From the NCBI GenBank assembly GCA_043797665.1, contig JAZDPL010000079.1, positions 1 through 49,534 of the forward strand: a DNA stretch of 49,534 bases, written 5' to 3'. The position numbers and the translations under genes were made by a program. Shown one piece after another: positions 35,061 to 44,878 of the stretch. The DNA is from Candidatus Omnitrophota bacterium. GTDB lineage: Bacteria > Ratteibacteria > UBA8468 > MWAK01. Each line of letters opens with the position of its first letter. Position 1 is the first letter of the stretch. Below the pieces are notes generated by a model. The model did no database searches, was not told the origin of the DNA, and saw only the letters and a list, made by a program, of their open reading frames with translations.

Positions 35061-37274
35061 ATGACCATAAATTCATTCGCTTTAAGGACTATTTTTAAGA
35101 GGGCGAACAACAGCCCAATGTGTATTGAACGGCGAAATCCTCATCGTTGTGTTGCCCGGGACCCGGCGTCCCGTGTTGGCGAAGGTGAGTTTTGTCTAGA
35201 CGGAAAATATGTAATTGAGTGTAGAAATATAGACCGACAGACAGCATCGGCTATGGAAAATGATTTGCATGATTTTATACATTGTATGGGTGTCAACAAT
35301 AAAAATACTGAACAAACCAGGATTATTTTTACATTGACCCCCTATCTGCAGGGTCGCGACTGTCGTTATTCCTGCCGGCCAGAAGAAATAATGGTGGAAG
35401 GAAGCGATATTGCCGGGATTTGGGCTGGTATTGCCTGGCTGGAGTGGGAAATGCGTACGCGTCGGGGTCCATTTCTCCCAATCGGTGTATTTGAAAAACA
35501 GACCAAATGGCCGGTTCAAATTAGTCAGGGACCATGGGGTGCCAATTATTCGGTTCCGGATTTATCCCCGGAATATCTGAGTGACGATGGATTCCGTCTT
35601 TATGCTCATTATGGCGTCAATACCATGATGATTCACGGTGACCTTCTATGTTATGTTAAAAGTGATATTTTTCCGGAGTTAACCCATCCTGATTACAACA
35701 AGCATATTGAAATCTTAAAAGGGGCCGTTTGCCGGGCATTACGTTACGGCGTTAGATTCAGTTATCACGTTGAAGCACCAAAGTTAAGAGACAATCATCC
35801 GATTTTTCTCCAACATCCCGGAGTGCGCGGCTCAGGGTTTGATTCAAGTGTTGGTCCGGTACACGTATTATGTTCAAGTAGTGAACAAACGCTTGCTTTC
35901 TACGAGGAGACTTTCAACCGGCTGTTTTCGGAAGTACCGGAATTAGCAGGGATAACGCTTATTCCCTACTCGGAATCGTTTTTCCATTGCCGTATGTGGG
36001 AAAGACCAGCATATCCATGTCCCTGTTGTTTTGGGAAGCCCCCGGAAAATTCGCTTGTACCGCTCTTAAACAGGATTGCTAACAGCGTAAAAAAAGTCCA
36101 GCCGCGTGCATATGTCGGGGTATGGTTTTATAGCTATCTTCTGGACCCCCAGGTGATGTTTGACAAATTCTCCAAAGATATCGCCATACTTCATTCAGTT
36201 GATGCTGGGTGGAGGTCCAGGTATAAGAAAGATGGTTATACCAAGGTTGTATGGGATTACAGTATTGATTATCTGGGGCCAAGTCCCGACGCTGCTAAAT
36301 TAGCGGATTATGCGCATCGTACCAATCGCAACTTATTCATCAAGACAGAAACCGGGATAGGACTTGAGGTGTGTCAGTTCCCTTATGTGCCAGCCATGCA
36401 GAGACTGGCGGATAAATGGCAGATAGTACGAAATCTTAAACCGTTTGGTGTCCATCAATCCTGGTTTTTCTTTGGCATGTTCGGTTCGCGCGCCGAAGAA
36501 TTGGGTTTCTGGGCAGCCTATGGAACAATCTTCACCAAAGATGAGTTCTTGCGGAAGATAGCCGCACGCGATTTTGGTCCGGAAGCAGTAAGCGAAATTA
36601 TGACTGCCTGGGAATGTATGAGCCGCGCGATGGGACATATCCCCTGTATCTGTCTTCCTTATTATTTTCAAGGCCCGGGTTTTTTGGGACCGGCCCATCC
36701 CCTGATACCAATAAAAGAGATGGAGATACCGGAGATTTATTATGAGTATTGCCGAAAATATGCGGAAGAGACATTTTACGTAGGTGAAAATAAAAACTGT
36801 ATGGTTTTACACACTTTACCTGATTCGTTTTCTTGGTCGGTTGTTCCGGAAGAGCCATCAGAAGATGTATGGAATATTATTATTCGCGAATATCATTCCG
36901 CCGCAAATGAAGCGGAATCATCCTGGAGGCATCTCCAAGCCGCGCTTAGATTAACCCGGACAGATACTGATAAAAAACATCTTCGGGAAGAAACATTATT
37001 GACCGAGTTAATCTTTCGGACTATGCAGACTTGCGAATATACCATTCTTTTCTTAGTAGCGCGGCGCGAGTATGAAAGAATAAAGGAAGTTCATTTTCGG
37101 AACCAAATGAAGCGGATAGCGAAACTTGAAAAGGAAAATGCTTTGTCATCTAAGCCTGTTTATCAGGAGGCTCCCTGGTTGGACCTCGTAGAGAGAACCG
37201 ATAGAAGATTTCCATCCTGTATAGATATGATTGAAACCAAGGTGCGTATAATTGATAATTTTCTTGCATCATAG
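35061..37274 (+). CDS. uncharacterised TIM-barrel-like protein, paralogue of 24832-26655
   Basis: LCSSS, SESFFHC, CPCC and WDYSIDYLGPS; GH20/GH67-like N-terminal domain (IMVEGSDIAGIWAGIAWLE). Confidence 0.6.
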   Translation: MTINSFALRTIFKRANNSPMCIERRNPHRCVARDPASRVGEGEFCLDGKYVIECRNIDRQTASAMENDLHDFIHCMGVNNKNTEQTRIIFTLTPYLQGRDCRYSCRPEEIMVEGSDIAGIWAGIAWLEWEMRTRRGPFLPIGVFEKQTKWPVQISQGPWGANYSVPDLSPEYLSDDGFRLYAHYGVNTMMIHGDLLCYVKSDIFPELTHPDYNKHIEILKGAVCRALRYGVRFSYHVEAPKLRDNHPIFLQHPGVRGSGFDSSVGPVHVLCSSSEQTLAFYEETFNRLFSEVPELAGITLIPYSESFFHCRMWERPAYPCPCCFGKPPENSLVPLLNRIANSVKKVQPRAYVGVWFYSYLLDPQVMFDKFSKDIAILHSVDAGWRSRYKKDGYTKVVWDYSIDYLGPSPDAAKLADYAHRTNRNLFIKTETGIGLEVCQFPYVPAMQRLADKWQIVRNLKPFGVHQSWFFFGMFGSRAEELGFWAAYGTIFTKDEFLRKIAARDFGPEAVSEIMTAWECMSRAMGHIPCICLPYYFQGPGFLGPAHPLIPIKEMEIPEIYYEYCRKYAEETFYVGENKNCMVLHTLPDSFSWSVVPEEPSEDVWNIIIREYHSAANEAESSWRHLQAALRLTRTDTDKKHLREETLLTELIFRTMQTCEYTILFLVARREYERIKEVHFRNQMKRIAKLEKENALSSKPVYQEAPWLDLVERTDRRFPSCIDMIETKVRIIDNFLAS

Positions 37275-37394
37275 AAAGGAGTATATTCTACCAAAACTCT
37301 CTTTTCAACGAGCAGAAAATTACCGGATTTTTGTTGGAACCGCAGTCAGCTTAAGGGAATATCAAAAAACTTAGTCAATAATTGAAGGAGGAGT

Positions 37395-38372
37395 ATGGGA
37401 GAAATGAATAAAGTTAAAGTAGGTTTTGTGGGAACCGGGGGTATTGCCAACTATCATTTGAGTCATTTAGAGAAGATGAAGGAGGTGAAACTGGTAGCCT
37501 TTGCCGACGTGGCAATGGAACGGGCAAAGGCGTCTGCGGACAAATACCAGGGCCGGGCATACCAGGACCACCGGAAGATGTTGGAGAAAGAAGAGTTGGA
37601 CGCCCTCTATATCTGCGTTCCTCCTTTTGCCCATACGGATGCGGAGTTAATCGCGGCTGAAAAAGGTATCCACCTCTTTGTGGAAAAGCCCATTGCCATC
37701 ACCTTAGAGAAGGCTTTGGAATTTTCTGCGGCGATTGAGCGCAATAAGATTATCTCTTCCGCCGGTTACCAGGACCGGTACCAGGACATCGCAGACCAGA
37801 TGAAGACCATTGTTACCGGAAAAGAAGCCGGTCTGGTCCTGGGTTACTGGATGGGAGGAATGCCCGGGGTTTACTGGTGGCGCAAAAAAGATATGAGTGG
37901 CGGTCAGGCAGTGGAGCAGACTATCCACATCTTTGACCTGTGCCGATACCTCTTTGGTGAGGTAAAAGAGGTCTTTGCGGTTGCCCGCACCGGCTTGATG
38001 AAAGAAGTGGAAGGTTACGACGTTGAAGATGCGACCGCCGCCACCCTGACGTTTAAAAATGGCCTCATCGGCACTATCTTTTCCGCCTGCTTTTTGAAAG
38101 CAGTCAGTAAGACGGGTCTCGATATCTACCTGAAAGACGTTGCCCTTTCTTATGCGGAACGAACTTCCCTGACCATTACAGAACCAAACCGTTGCACCGA
38201 GATAAAGGTGGGGAATGATTTTGGTCAAATGATAGATGAGACCTTTATTGAAGCAGTGAGAACCGGTGATGGCTCCGCTATCCGGTCACCTTACGCGGAT
38301 GCGGTCAAATCTTTAGCTCTATCCCTTGCGGTCAATGAATCTCTCCGCCTGGGCAAGTCAGTAAGTCCCTAA
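37395..38372 (+). CDS. Gfo/Idh/MocA family oxidoreductase
   Basis: VGFVGTGGIA, HLFVEKP and GGQAVEQTIHIFD. Confidence 0.92.
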   Translation: MGEMNKVKVGFVGTGGIANYHLSHLEKMKEVKLVAFADVAMERAKASADKYQGRAYQDHRKMLEKEELDALYICVPPFAHTDAELIAAEKGIHLFVEKPIAITLEKALEFSAAIERNKIISSAGYQDRYQDIADQMKTIVTGKEAGLVLGYWMGGMPGVYWWRKKDMSGGQAVEQTIHIFDLCRYLFGEVKEVFAVARTGLMKEVEGYDVEDATAATLTFKNGLIGTIFSACFLKAVSKTGLDIYLKDVALSYAERTSLTITEPNRCTEIKVGNDFGQMIDETFIEAVRTGDGSAIRSPYADAVKSLALSLAVNESLRLGKSVSP

Positions 38373-38384
38373 ATATAGCCACAA

Positions 38385-38442
38385 GTAGCGGTGCGATTTA
38401 CCTGTCCCTGTCCGCCAAAGCCTTGGCGTAGGCGGGTCGCAC
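38385..38442. repeat. GTAG-type REP with a nested mini-hairpin
   Basis: GTAGCGGTGCGA-TTTA-[insert 38401-38436]-TCGCAC; the insert matches 1204-1230 at 26 of 27 positions. Confidence 0.75.
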
Positions 38443-38454
38443 AAGGAGTCCAAG

Positions 38455-39213
38455 ATGGTAAAGTTATCTGTCTGTATTGAGATGTTCTGGAAAAATCTGG
38501 CGCCGGAAGAAAAGATTAAGAAGGTGAAAGATTCAGGGTTTAAGGCGTTTGAGTTCTGGGGTTGGAAAAACAAGGAACTGAAAAAGGTTCGTGCGGCTAA
38601 AGAAGAAACCGGCCTGGAAGTTGCTGCCTTTTGTACGGAGCCGAATAGTCTCCTGGTAGAGCGCGGTTATGAGAAGGAGTTGACCGATGGGCTTGTGGAG
38701 TCAGCAGAGGTTGCCCGCTCCTTAGGATGTAAGCGGTTGATCGTGACGACGGGTAATTGTATCGCTGACGAGACGTTTGAAGCGACGCGACGCAGAGTTG
38801 TCCGGAAACTGAAGGGTATGTCAAAGATAGCAAAGGAAGAAGGCGTTATTTTAGTTTTAGAACCTCTAAACCCCGTCGTTGACCATAAAGGGTACTGGCT
38901 GACCAGAATGGCTGAGGCGGCAGATATCGTTCAAGAAGTATCTTCGCCAAACCTGAAGATTCTGGATGACCTTTACCATCAACAGCGCACGGAAGGGAAC
39001 CTGATTGATAATCTTACGCTCTATGCTCCTGTGATTGGACATTTTCACGTAGCGGGCGTGCCGGGCCGCCACGAACTTGTGGGAGGGGAGCTGGATTACC
39101 GGGGAATATTTGCGGCTATTGACAAAACCGGTTATGACGGATACATCGGTCTGGAATTCTCACCTACCACTGGTGACGAAACTGCTTTACGGCAGGTACT
39201 GACTCTGATTTAA
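38455..39213 (+). CDS. hydroxypyruvate isomerase / xylose isomerase-like TIM barrel
   Basis: KLSVCIEMF, FEFWGW, LEPLN, DLYHQQ, HFHVAGVPGRHE and GYIGLEF. Confidence 0.88.
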   Translation: MVKLSVCIEMFWKNLAPEEKIKKVKDSGFKAFEFWGWKNKELKKVRAAKEETGLEVAAFCTEPNSLLVERGYEKELTDGLVESAEVARSLGCKRLIVTTGNCIADETFEATRRRVVRKLKGMSKIAKEEGVILVLEPLNPVVDHKGYWLTRMAEAADIVQEVSSPNLKILDDLYHQQRTEGNLIDNLTLYAPVIGHFHVAGVPGRHELVGGELDYRGIFAAIDKTGYDGYIGLEFSPTTGDETALRQVLTLI

Positions 39214-40292
39214 AGTATGTATAACGACTTCAGCACGACTTCGACAGGAGAGGAACTATTCTTCAATATGCCCAGCTCCGCCATTAACATTTCTCTTCCT
39301 TTTTTGTATGTTTCATTTTCTTTTCCTTCTTTTGTCCAGCTTAAATTAGGAACCCCGCATTTGTCTTCCCAGACAGAAGGAAAGACTCCGTCCATCGCAC
39401 AGATTTCATTGGTTGTTTTTATCCTTTCAAAGATAAGTTTATACAAATCTTTTGCCTTCATGCTTTGCCCATATTTAAGACCAAGTTTTTGAAGCGTTCT
39501 TAAGTCCCTCAGTTGACTTCCGAGGCCGCCGTGTCCTTTGGCCTGGATGCAGGCATTTAATCCCGGGTCCCTTCCGGGACAGGGCGCGCACATCATCCAG
39601 TCTGCGTCCGGGGCGAGTTTTATTTTCAGGTCAGGGTTTTTAATGATATGCTGCATCATTTCCGGCAGGTTGTCATACGCAAACGGGGGCCTTTTACCCT
39701 CTGCGTATTGTTCCACGGCGCAGAGTAAGATATGCGGCCGGACGCTGATTTCTTCCGCCTGGAACATTGCGGCCAGTGATTTCTTCTTTTCTTCGGCAAA
39801 TTCCGCTTCTTTTCTTTCCGTCAGGATGGAACACTTTCCTTCTTTCAAAAGTTTATAAAAACCGGTATCTCCCGTGTTCCAATCCGGACTTCCGGCGATA
39901 AAGTTTTGGATTGCTTTTTCATAATACCCTTTTTGGGCTTTTTCGCACTGCCCGCATATCCCGGAAACAGTTAAAATCTTATCGAATATCCGGAAAAGGA
40001 TTATCCGGGCCGGAAGGATGGCGCCGGGCATAAGGTCAAGTTTATGCAGGATTTCCAGGTCCCTGGCCCGGTTAAATTCACTCCCTTCTTTGGTATCCTC
40101 TTCAGCCCCCGGGTCCTGATAGGAAAATACATCGCCGGCATTGCAGTGAAGCATTATCGGCCGGGAAGAAAACTCTCTTATCTTTTCCAGGAGTTCCTTC
40201 AACTTCCCATCTTTTGGTCCACAACAGCCATTCTCCCCGAAAGAACAGATTAAACATAACAACTGATACGGCCTTATTTTTAGTATCTCCAT
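39210..40292 (-). CDS. Cys-rich hypothetical protein with two DUF1284-like repeats
   Basis: IRPYQLLCLIC...RDLEILHKL...ICGQC and VRPHILLCAV...MCAPCP...RDLRTLQKL...IC. Confidence 0.6.
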   Translation of the reverse strand: MEILKIRPYQLLCLICSFGENGCCGPKDGKLKELLEKIREFSSRPIMLHCNAGDVFSYQDPGAEEDTKEGSEFNRARDLEILHKLDLMPGAILPARIILFRIFDKILTVSGICGQCEKAQKGYYEKAIQNFIAGSPDWNTGDTGFYKLLKEGKCSILTERKEAEFAEEKKKSLAAMFQAEEISVRPHILLCAVEQYAEGKRPPFAYDNLPEMMQHIIKNPDLKIKLAPDADWMMCAPCPGRDPGLNACIQAKGHGGLGSQLRDLRTLQKLGLKYGQSMKAKDLYKLIFERIKTTNEICAMDGVFPSVWEDKCGVPNLSWTKEGKENETYKKGREMLMAELGILKNSSSPVEVVLKSLYIL

Positions 40293-40349
40293 GCGGACCT
40301 CCGGTTTTAAGGGATTTATAGAAGAAACATTTCAGCCTGATGCCCGGCC

Positions 40350-41054
40350 TTATTTGTCATAGGCTACTTCAACGCTTTTTATGCGCGGGCTATTCCCGCC
40401 ATTAACAGCGCCAAGGGCCAGCCGGTACTGTATCCAGTTTCCTGTCTGGTGTATTCGTTCGGCGTTCTGTCCATTCGTAAACCAACCGCCATAACTTAAA
40501 GGTCCCTGCCAGAGCGCTTGATTCAGCATTTCTTCGCTGACGGCAAAACGAATTTGTGCTTTAACCCAGGTCTTCTCCTGTAGTTCTGCATCCCAGCAAA
40601 TTTTGCTTACTTTGGCATCGTTTGGCAGATTGAACGGACTTGAAATGTAGTATTCTTCAGGCCTGCGGTCCATAATATTCCCCGGGTCTACCGCCAGCAT
40701 TCCGTGGGGCCCCAAAGTCGGTAACTTTGTCACCCGTTGCGGGGAAAAACCTTCCGGACCGTTCCACCAAATTTTAGAATATCCCGTATGATTCCCATGC
40801 GTCTTGTGGTGGGCAACAGCCAAATCAACCCAACCATCTTCATTGAAATCAGCGGCTATGCAACCACAGGCAGAGTGACTGAAAAGCCGGGTCCGGTTTT
40901 CAGCCGAATATATACCGCCGGGCATACCCCAATAAATATACGAATCCAAATCCCGTTCTCTGCCGGAATTATATGATGTAGCGAAAATATCAAGTATTCC
41001 ATCGTTATTAAAATCTGCCACAGCCAACGAATTGCATGTATGAACAGGAAGTTG
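40350..41054 (-). pseudogene. 5'-truncated FG-GAP/VCBS repeat protein
   Basis: ADFNNDGILDI and ADFNEDGWVDL repeats. The frame stays open (QLPVHTCNSL) up to the IS boundary and has no proper start. Confidence 0.7.
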
Positions 41055-41069
41055 GTATATCTTTTGAAT

Positions 41070-42090
41070 TTAGTGGAAACAATCGCCTGATTTCAAGTTT
41101 GCAGTTTGCCATTGGTCCGAGTTATTGTTTTGGCTGAAGTTTCTCCTGCTTAAGTTATACTCCTTTCTGCGCTCCAGAGTCAAGCGCTTTTTCTCCTTCC
41201 TTCCGGCATAGACATCATTCGGACAGACATTATCTTGGGATTCGTGAGGGGTAACGTTGTAAGCGGTTATCGCCTCTTCTATGGTTTTTTTTAGCTCCTC
41301 TGGAGAGCAGTAGACCAGAAGGCAGAGGTTTTCCTTGATCCGGCGGTTAAATCTTTCAATCTTGCCTCTACCCTGGGGATGGTAGGGGGTGCCGAAGATA
41401 TGCCTGATGCCGTGGTAGGCAAGATATTCGGCATCAGCTTTGAGGTAAAGCCGGAGTCATTGTCAGTGTAGAGTTGGGGCATGGAATCCCTATCCACCAG
41501 GTGGCCTTCCTTCCGGGCGTTTTCCACGGCCATCTCCACTATGTCTGCAAAGGAGAAGGCGGTCTCGTCCGGCCCCTTAGGTCCCAGGCAATTACCTTGC
41601 GGGAGAAGTCATCTTCCACCGGAATGAGCTTGTAGTAGCCCCAGCCAACAATGAAAAGATTAGTGGCGTCGCATTGCCAGAGTTCATCAGGCTTTCTGGT
41701 CTTGTGTTTCCACTCCTTGGCTGACGGCATTTCCGGTAAGGGTCTGGGTAAGATAAGATTATTCTCCTTCAGTATCCGGTAGACGGTGGATTCGGAGATG
41801 GAAAAGTTTTCTTCATCGGTAATCTTGATTGCCAGAAGCCGGGACGAGAGTTCCGGGTGGAGCCGGGCAACCTCAATGACCTTGCTTTCTTCGGGAGCCG
41901 TGAGTCTGTTCCAACTCCTTTTTGGACCTGGTTTTGTCTTGGTCAAACCAAAAATGCCGCCTTCATCATAGGCTTTACGCCACTTGTAGTATGTTGAAGA
42001 AGGAACCTTAAACTCAGCCAGCGATTGAGCGCGTCGGCCTTGCTGCTTCTCCACCTTCTTTATCAGGTCTTCCCGCATGTACTCGTCCAT
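41070..42090 (-). pseudogene. IS3-type transposase OrfB with two frameshifts
   Basis: WQCDAT, VEDDFSR, TDNDSGF and YHPQGRGKIERFN are spread over three frames; shifts near 41575 and 41430. Confidence 0.85.
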
Positions 42091-42110
42091 ATGGTTGTGC
42101 CACTTCCGGG

Positions 42111-42491
42111 TTACGGATTCAGACTTTTTTTAAAGATTTGAATCTTCAGAGCTTGGTCTCCTACCAGTTCTTTAAGCCGGGCGTTCTCTTCCCGCAGATG
42201 ATTTACTTCTCCTCCGGTGGCATCACGCAGGGAGTCCCTCTTAAGCCGTGCTTTGCCTGCCTCCATGAAGTCCTTCAGCCAGGTGTAATAAATAGCTGAG
42301 GAGATGCTTTCCCTGCGGCAAAGGTCTGAGACGGGTATTTCTTTGCGGAATCCTTCCAGAACGATTCTGATCTTATCTTCGGAGGAAAACTTCCGGCGGG
42401 TATAGCGGCGTACTTCGCGGATGAGCCGGGCGGCGCTGCCGGGGGCAGATACTTCCTTTTCTTTTTCTAAAACCAGGGTGGATTCTTCCAT
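42111..42491 (-). CDS. IS3-type transposase OrfA
   Basis: RRKFSSEDKIRIVLEG...LCRRESI...LREENARLKELV; ends at TTTAAAAAAAG, whose -1 frame leads into OrfB. Confidence 0.85.
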   Translation of the reverse strand: MEESTLVLEKEKEVSAPGSAARLIREVRRYTRRKFSSEDKIRIVLEGFRKEIPVSDLCRRESISSAIYYTWLKDFMEAGKARLKRDSLRDATGGEVNHLREENARLKELVGDQALKIQIFKKSLNP

Positions 42492-42739
42492 TTTTCTCCT
42501 TTCGGTCAGGCTACTATTATACCTTGACCAATCCACCCGAACCAAGATCAAGAACTACAAACTAAGAAATCGCCTCCTGTCTCCACTAATTGCTGAAGAC
42601 GTACAGTATGAATTTCTTGGCGTATCGGTAGCGCATGGGTATCACTCCTTTTGTCTTTTTTACCGGTTTCTATTCTAACATTTCCAAAGAGACCCGGAGT
42701 GTTACCCATGTATCTCATCCTACTCAATCACTCGGCGAC

Positions 42740-42769
42740 TTGACCTTGAAACGCAGAAAGAAATATAAT
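42740..42769 (+). promoter_or_regulatory. sigma70-type promoter of the GH42 gene (probably leaderless)
   Basis: TTGACC-N18-TATAAT, with the ATG 6 nt downstream and no SD. Confidence 0.7.
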
Positions 42770-42775
42770 TTCAAT

Positions 42776-44767
42776 ATGGAATCTTTCAATGGACTGGGCG
42801 CAGCATTTTATCCCGAACATCACCCTAAAAAGACCTGGAAAGAACACATCGGTCTAATGGCAAAATCAGGAATTTCATTCGTGAGAATGGGGGAATTTGC
42901 CTGGGATAAGATGGAACTCGAAGAAGGACGCTTTGATTTTGAATGGTTAGACGAGGTCTTTTCCCTGCTGGCGAAACATAATATCGGTGTTCTTATGTGT
43001 ACCCCCACTGCCACACCGCCTATCTGGGCGTGCAAAAAATACCCGGATATACATCCGGTACTGCAGGACGGAAAAACGATGGGATTTGGCATGCGGCGGT
43101 ATACCTGTCCCACTTCTCGAAAGTACCATTCTTTGTGTGAGAGCATCGTGACAAGACTTGCTAAACATTATGTCGGAAACAATCAGGTAATTGGCTGGCA
43201 GATCGACAATGAAGTCGGGGCCCCCTTTTGTTTCTGTGAACGCTGCTTAAAACATTTCCAACAATGGTGTGAAAAAAGATTCTATACCATTGAAAATTTC
43301 AACGATGCTCACGAAACCCATTTTTGGGGTCAAACACTACAGAAGTTCAGTCAAATACCATTTCCCAATACAGCCCCCAGCCCCTCTCTCTGGATTTCGT
43401 ATCATAAGTTCTTTTCCGAAATAACAATAAACTGTTTCAGTAAACAGGCAGCCTGGTTAAAAGAGAATGGGGTAAATGTCCCGGTCACCTCAAATATGAT
43501 GATCACCTGGTATGGTTACGACCATACAGAAATGGCAGAATATTTTGACTTAATTGCCGGAGACTATTATTCTGGGAAATCTATTTTTGGAGAAGATTTT
43601 GCCGGTGAAGCGTTTGTTAACGCCTATCTCAGAGGTATGAAAAGCGGCAAACCAATCTGGTTTAATGAGTTCCAATGTGACGATTTCCCGCTTCCCGGGC
43701 AGGTCCGCCTGTGGACGTTAACCCAGATTGGTCTGGGTGCCAACCAGATTAGTTACTTCCGCTGGGATACCTGCCCCTCAGGCTTTGAACGAGGTGGATA
43801 CGGTTTACTTAGGCACTGCAGACAACCAGGCAGAGTATTTAGGGAAATAAAGAAATTGAGCGATGATTTAAAAAAATTGAAACCCCTTTTAGATGAAACA
43901 CGTCCGGTTACACCGGAAGTGGCTGTTCTTTATACCTACGAGAATCACTATGAATTTGCCGAATACAAGAAACTGGACGAGTTTTCCGGGCCTTGTGGCA
44001 ACGGTTACGCCTTGCACCTTGCCAAACATTTTCGGGCGATTGCCGGCAGTAATATCCCTGTGGATATAGTCTATCCCGGCCAGAATTTCAGCAGATATAA
44101 ATGCATTATTGCTCCGGCTTTGTATGTATTACCTGAAAAACTGGGGAAAACACTAAATGAATATATTAAAAATGGCGGTCAGGTTCTGCTGACCGCTTTG
44201 TCCGGAGTGGTGGATGAAAACGCCAAAGAATTGGATATTCCGATACCCGGCCCGGTCCGGGACTCTTTCGGAATCAGGGTTCTTGACTTCGGACAATACC
44301 TTGAGACGATGGGTGACATGCGACTTGTCTCTCATGAATCAGTAATGCCGCTTCCCTGTTTTAAACTCACCAAATGGATAGAAGAAATCCTGGTTGACAA
44401 AGGCACGGAGGTTCTCGCCACCTATTCCGGGAAATTTTTCAATAAGATACCGGCTTTCACTAAAAAGGATTCTGGTAAAGGAAAGGGGTTTTATCTGGGC
44501 ACCTTACTTGAAACGACAGATTACTATACGTTTTACAAAATATTTCTTGCGTCTCTCGGCATTAAACCCATCATGAAACTTCCGAAAGGAATTCACGTCA
44601 GTTGCCGGCAAAACGAGGGAGTGGTGTTATACTTTATCTCTAATGAGACCGCTGAAGATAAAGAAATAGATTTATCCGACTCATACATAGATGCTATTAC
44701 CGGGAGCAAGATAAAAGCGCGCATTAAAATGCCGCCTTTTGGAGTAAGAATACTGATGAGTTCTTGA
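42776..44767 (+). CDS. GH42 beta-galactosidase
   Basis: GAAFYPEH, VRMGEFAW, CTPTATPP, WQIDNE, CFCERC and WFNEFQ. Start moved from 42635 to 42776. Confidence 0.92.
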   Translation: MESFNGLGAAFYPEHHPKKTWKEHIGLMAKSGISFVRMGEFAWDKMELEEGRFDFEWLDEVFSLLAKHNIGVLMCTPTATPPIWACKKYPDIHPVLQDGKTMGFGMRRYTCPTSRKYHSLCESIVTRLAKHYVGNNQVIGWQIDNEVGAPFCFCERCLKHFQQWCEKRFYTIENFNDAHETHFWGQTLQKFSQIPFPNTAPSPSLWISYHKFFSEITINCFSKQAAWLKENGVNVPVTSNMMITWYGYDHTEMAEYFDLIAGDYYSGKSIFGEDFAGEAFVNAYLRGMKSGKPIWFNEFQCDDFPLPGQVRLWTLTQIGLGANQISYFRWDTCPSGFERGGYGLLRHCRQPGRVFREIKKLSDDLKKLKPLLDETRPVTPEVAVLYTYENHYEFAEYKKLDEFSGPCGNGYALHLAKHFRAIAGSNIPVDIVYPGQNFSRYKCIIAPALYVLPEKLGKTLNEYIKNGGQVLLTALSGVVDENAKELDIPIPGPVRDSFGIRVLDFGQYLETMGDMRLVSHESVMPLPCFKLTKWIEEILVDKGTEVLATYSGKFFNKIPAFTKKDSGKGKGFYLGTLLETTDYYTFYKIFLASLGIKPIMKLPKGIHVSCRQNEGVVLYFISNETAEDKEIDLSDSYIDAITGSKIKARIKMPPFGVRILMSS

Positions 44768-44878
44768 TTAAATCACCTTTGCCTACCTGAAAAATACATT
44801 CATAACGTGAAGTAAAAACGCGAAAAATGAATGGTTCGCCACTAATTGTTTTCCACAATTACGGTAAGGGAACCTGCC

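Larger units (their letters stand above)
41054..42605 (-). mobile_element. IS3-family insertion sequence (degenerate)
   Basis: Imperfect terminal IRs (20/28 match, core TTAGTGGA(A/G)ACA) and orfA/orfB organisation with an A7G slippery site. Confidence 0.8.

Noticed and set aside
37275..37394. small gene after 37274 (SD AAGGAG and a short open frame ending LLEPQSA*)
   Set aside because: No start codon follows the SD and the frame is too short to assign; at most another deletion scar.
42635..42775. N-terminal extension of the GH42 ORF (likewise 3099-3143, 26656-26712 and 46205-46249)
   Set aside because: These extensions run through promoter or REP sequence and precede the family-typical N-termini.
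44848..44876. possible sixth 29-bp element (…GGTAAGGGAACCTG)
   Set aside because: Only the right end resembles the consensus; the CCTT left end and the hairpin are missing.
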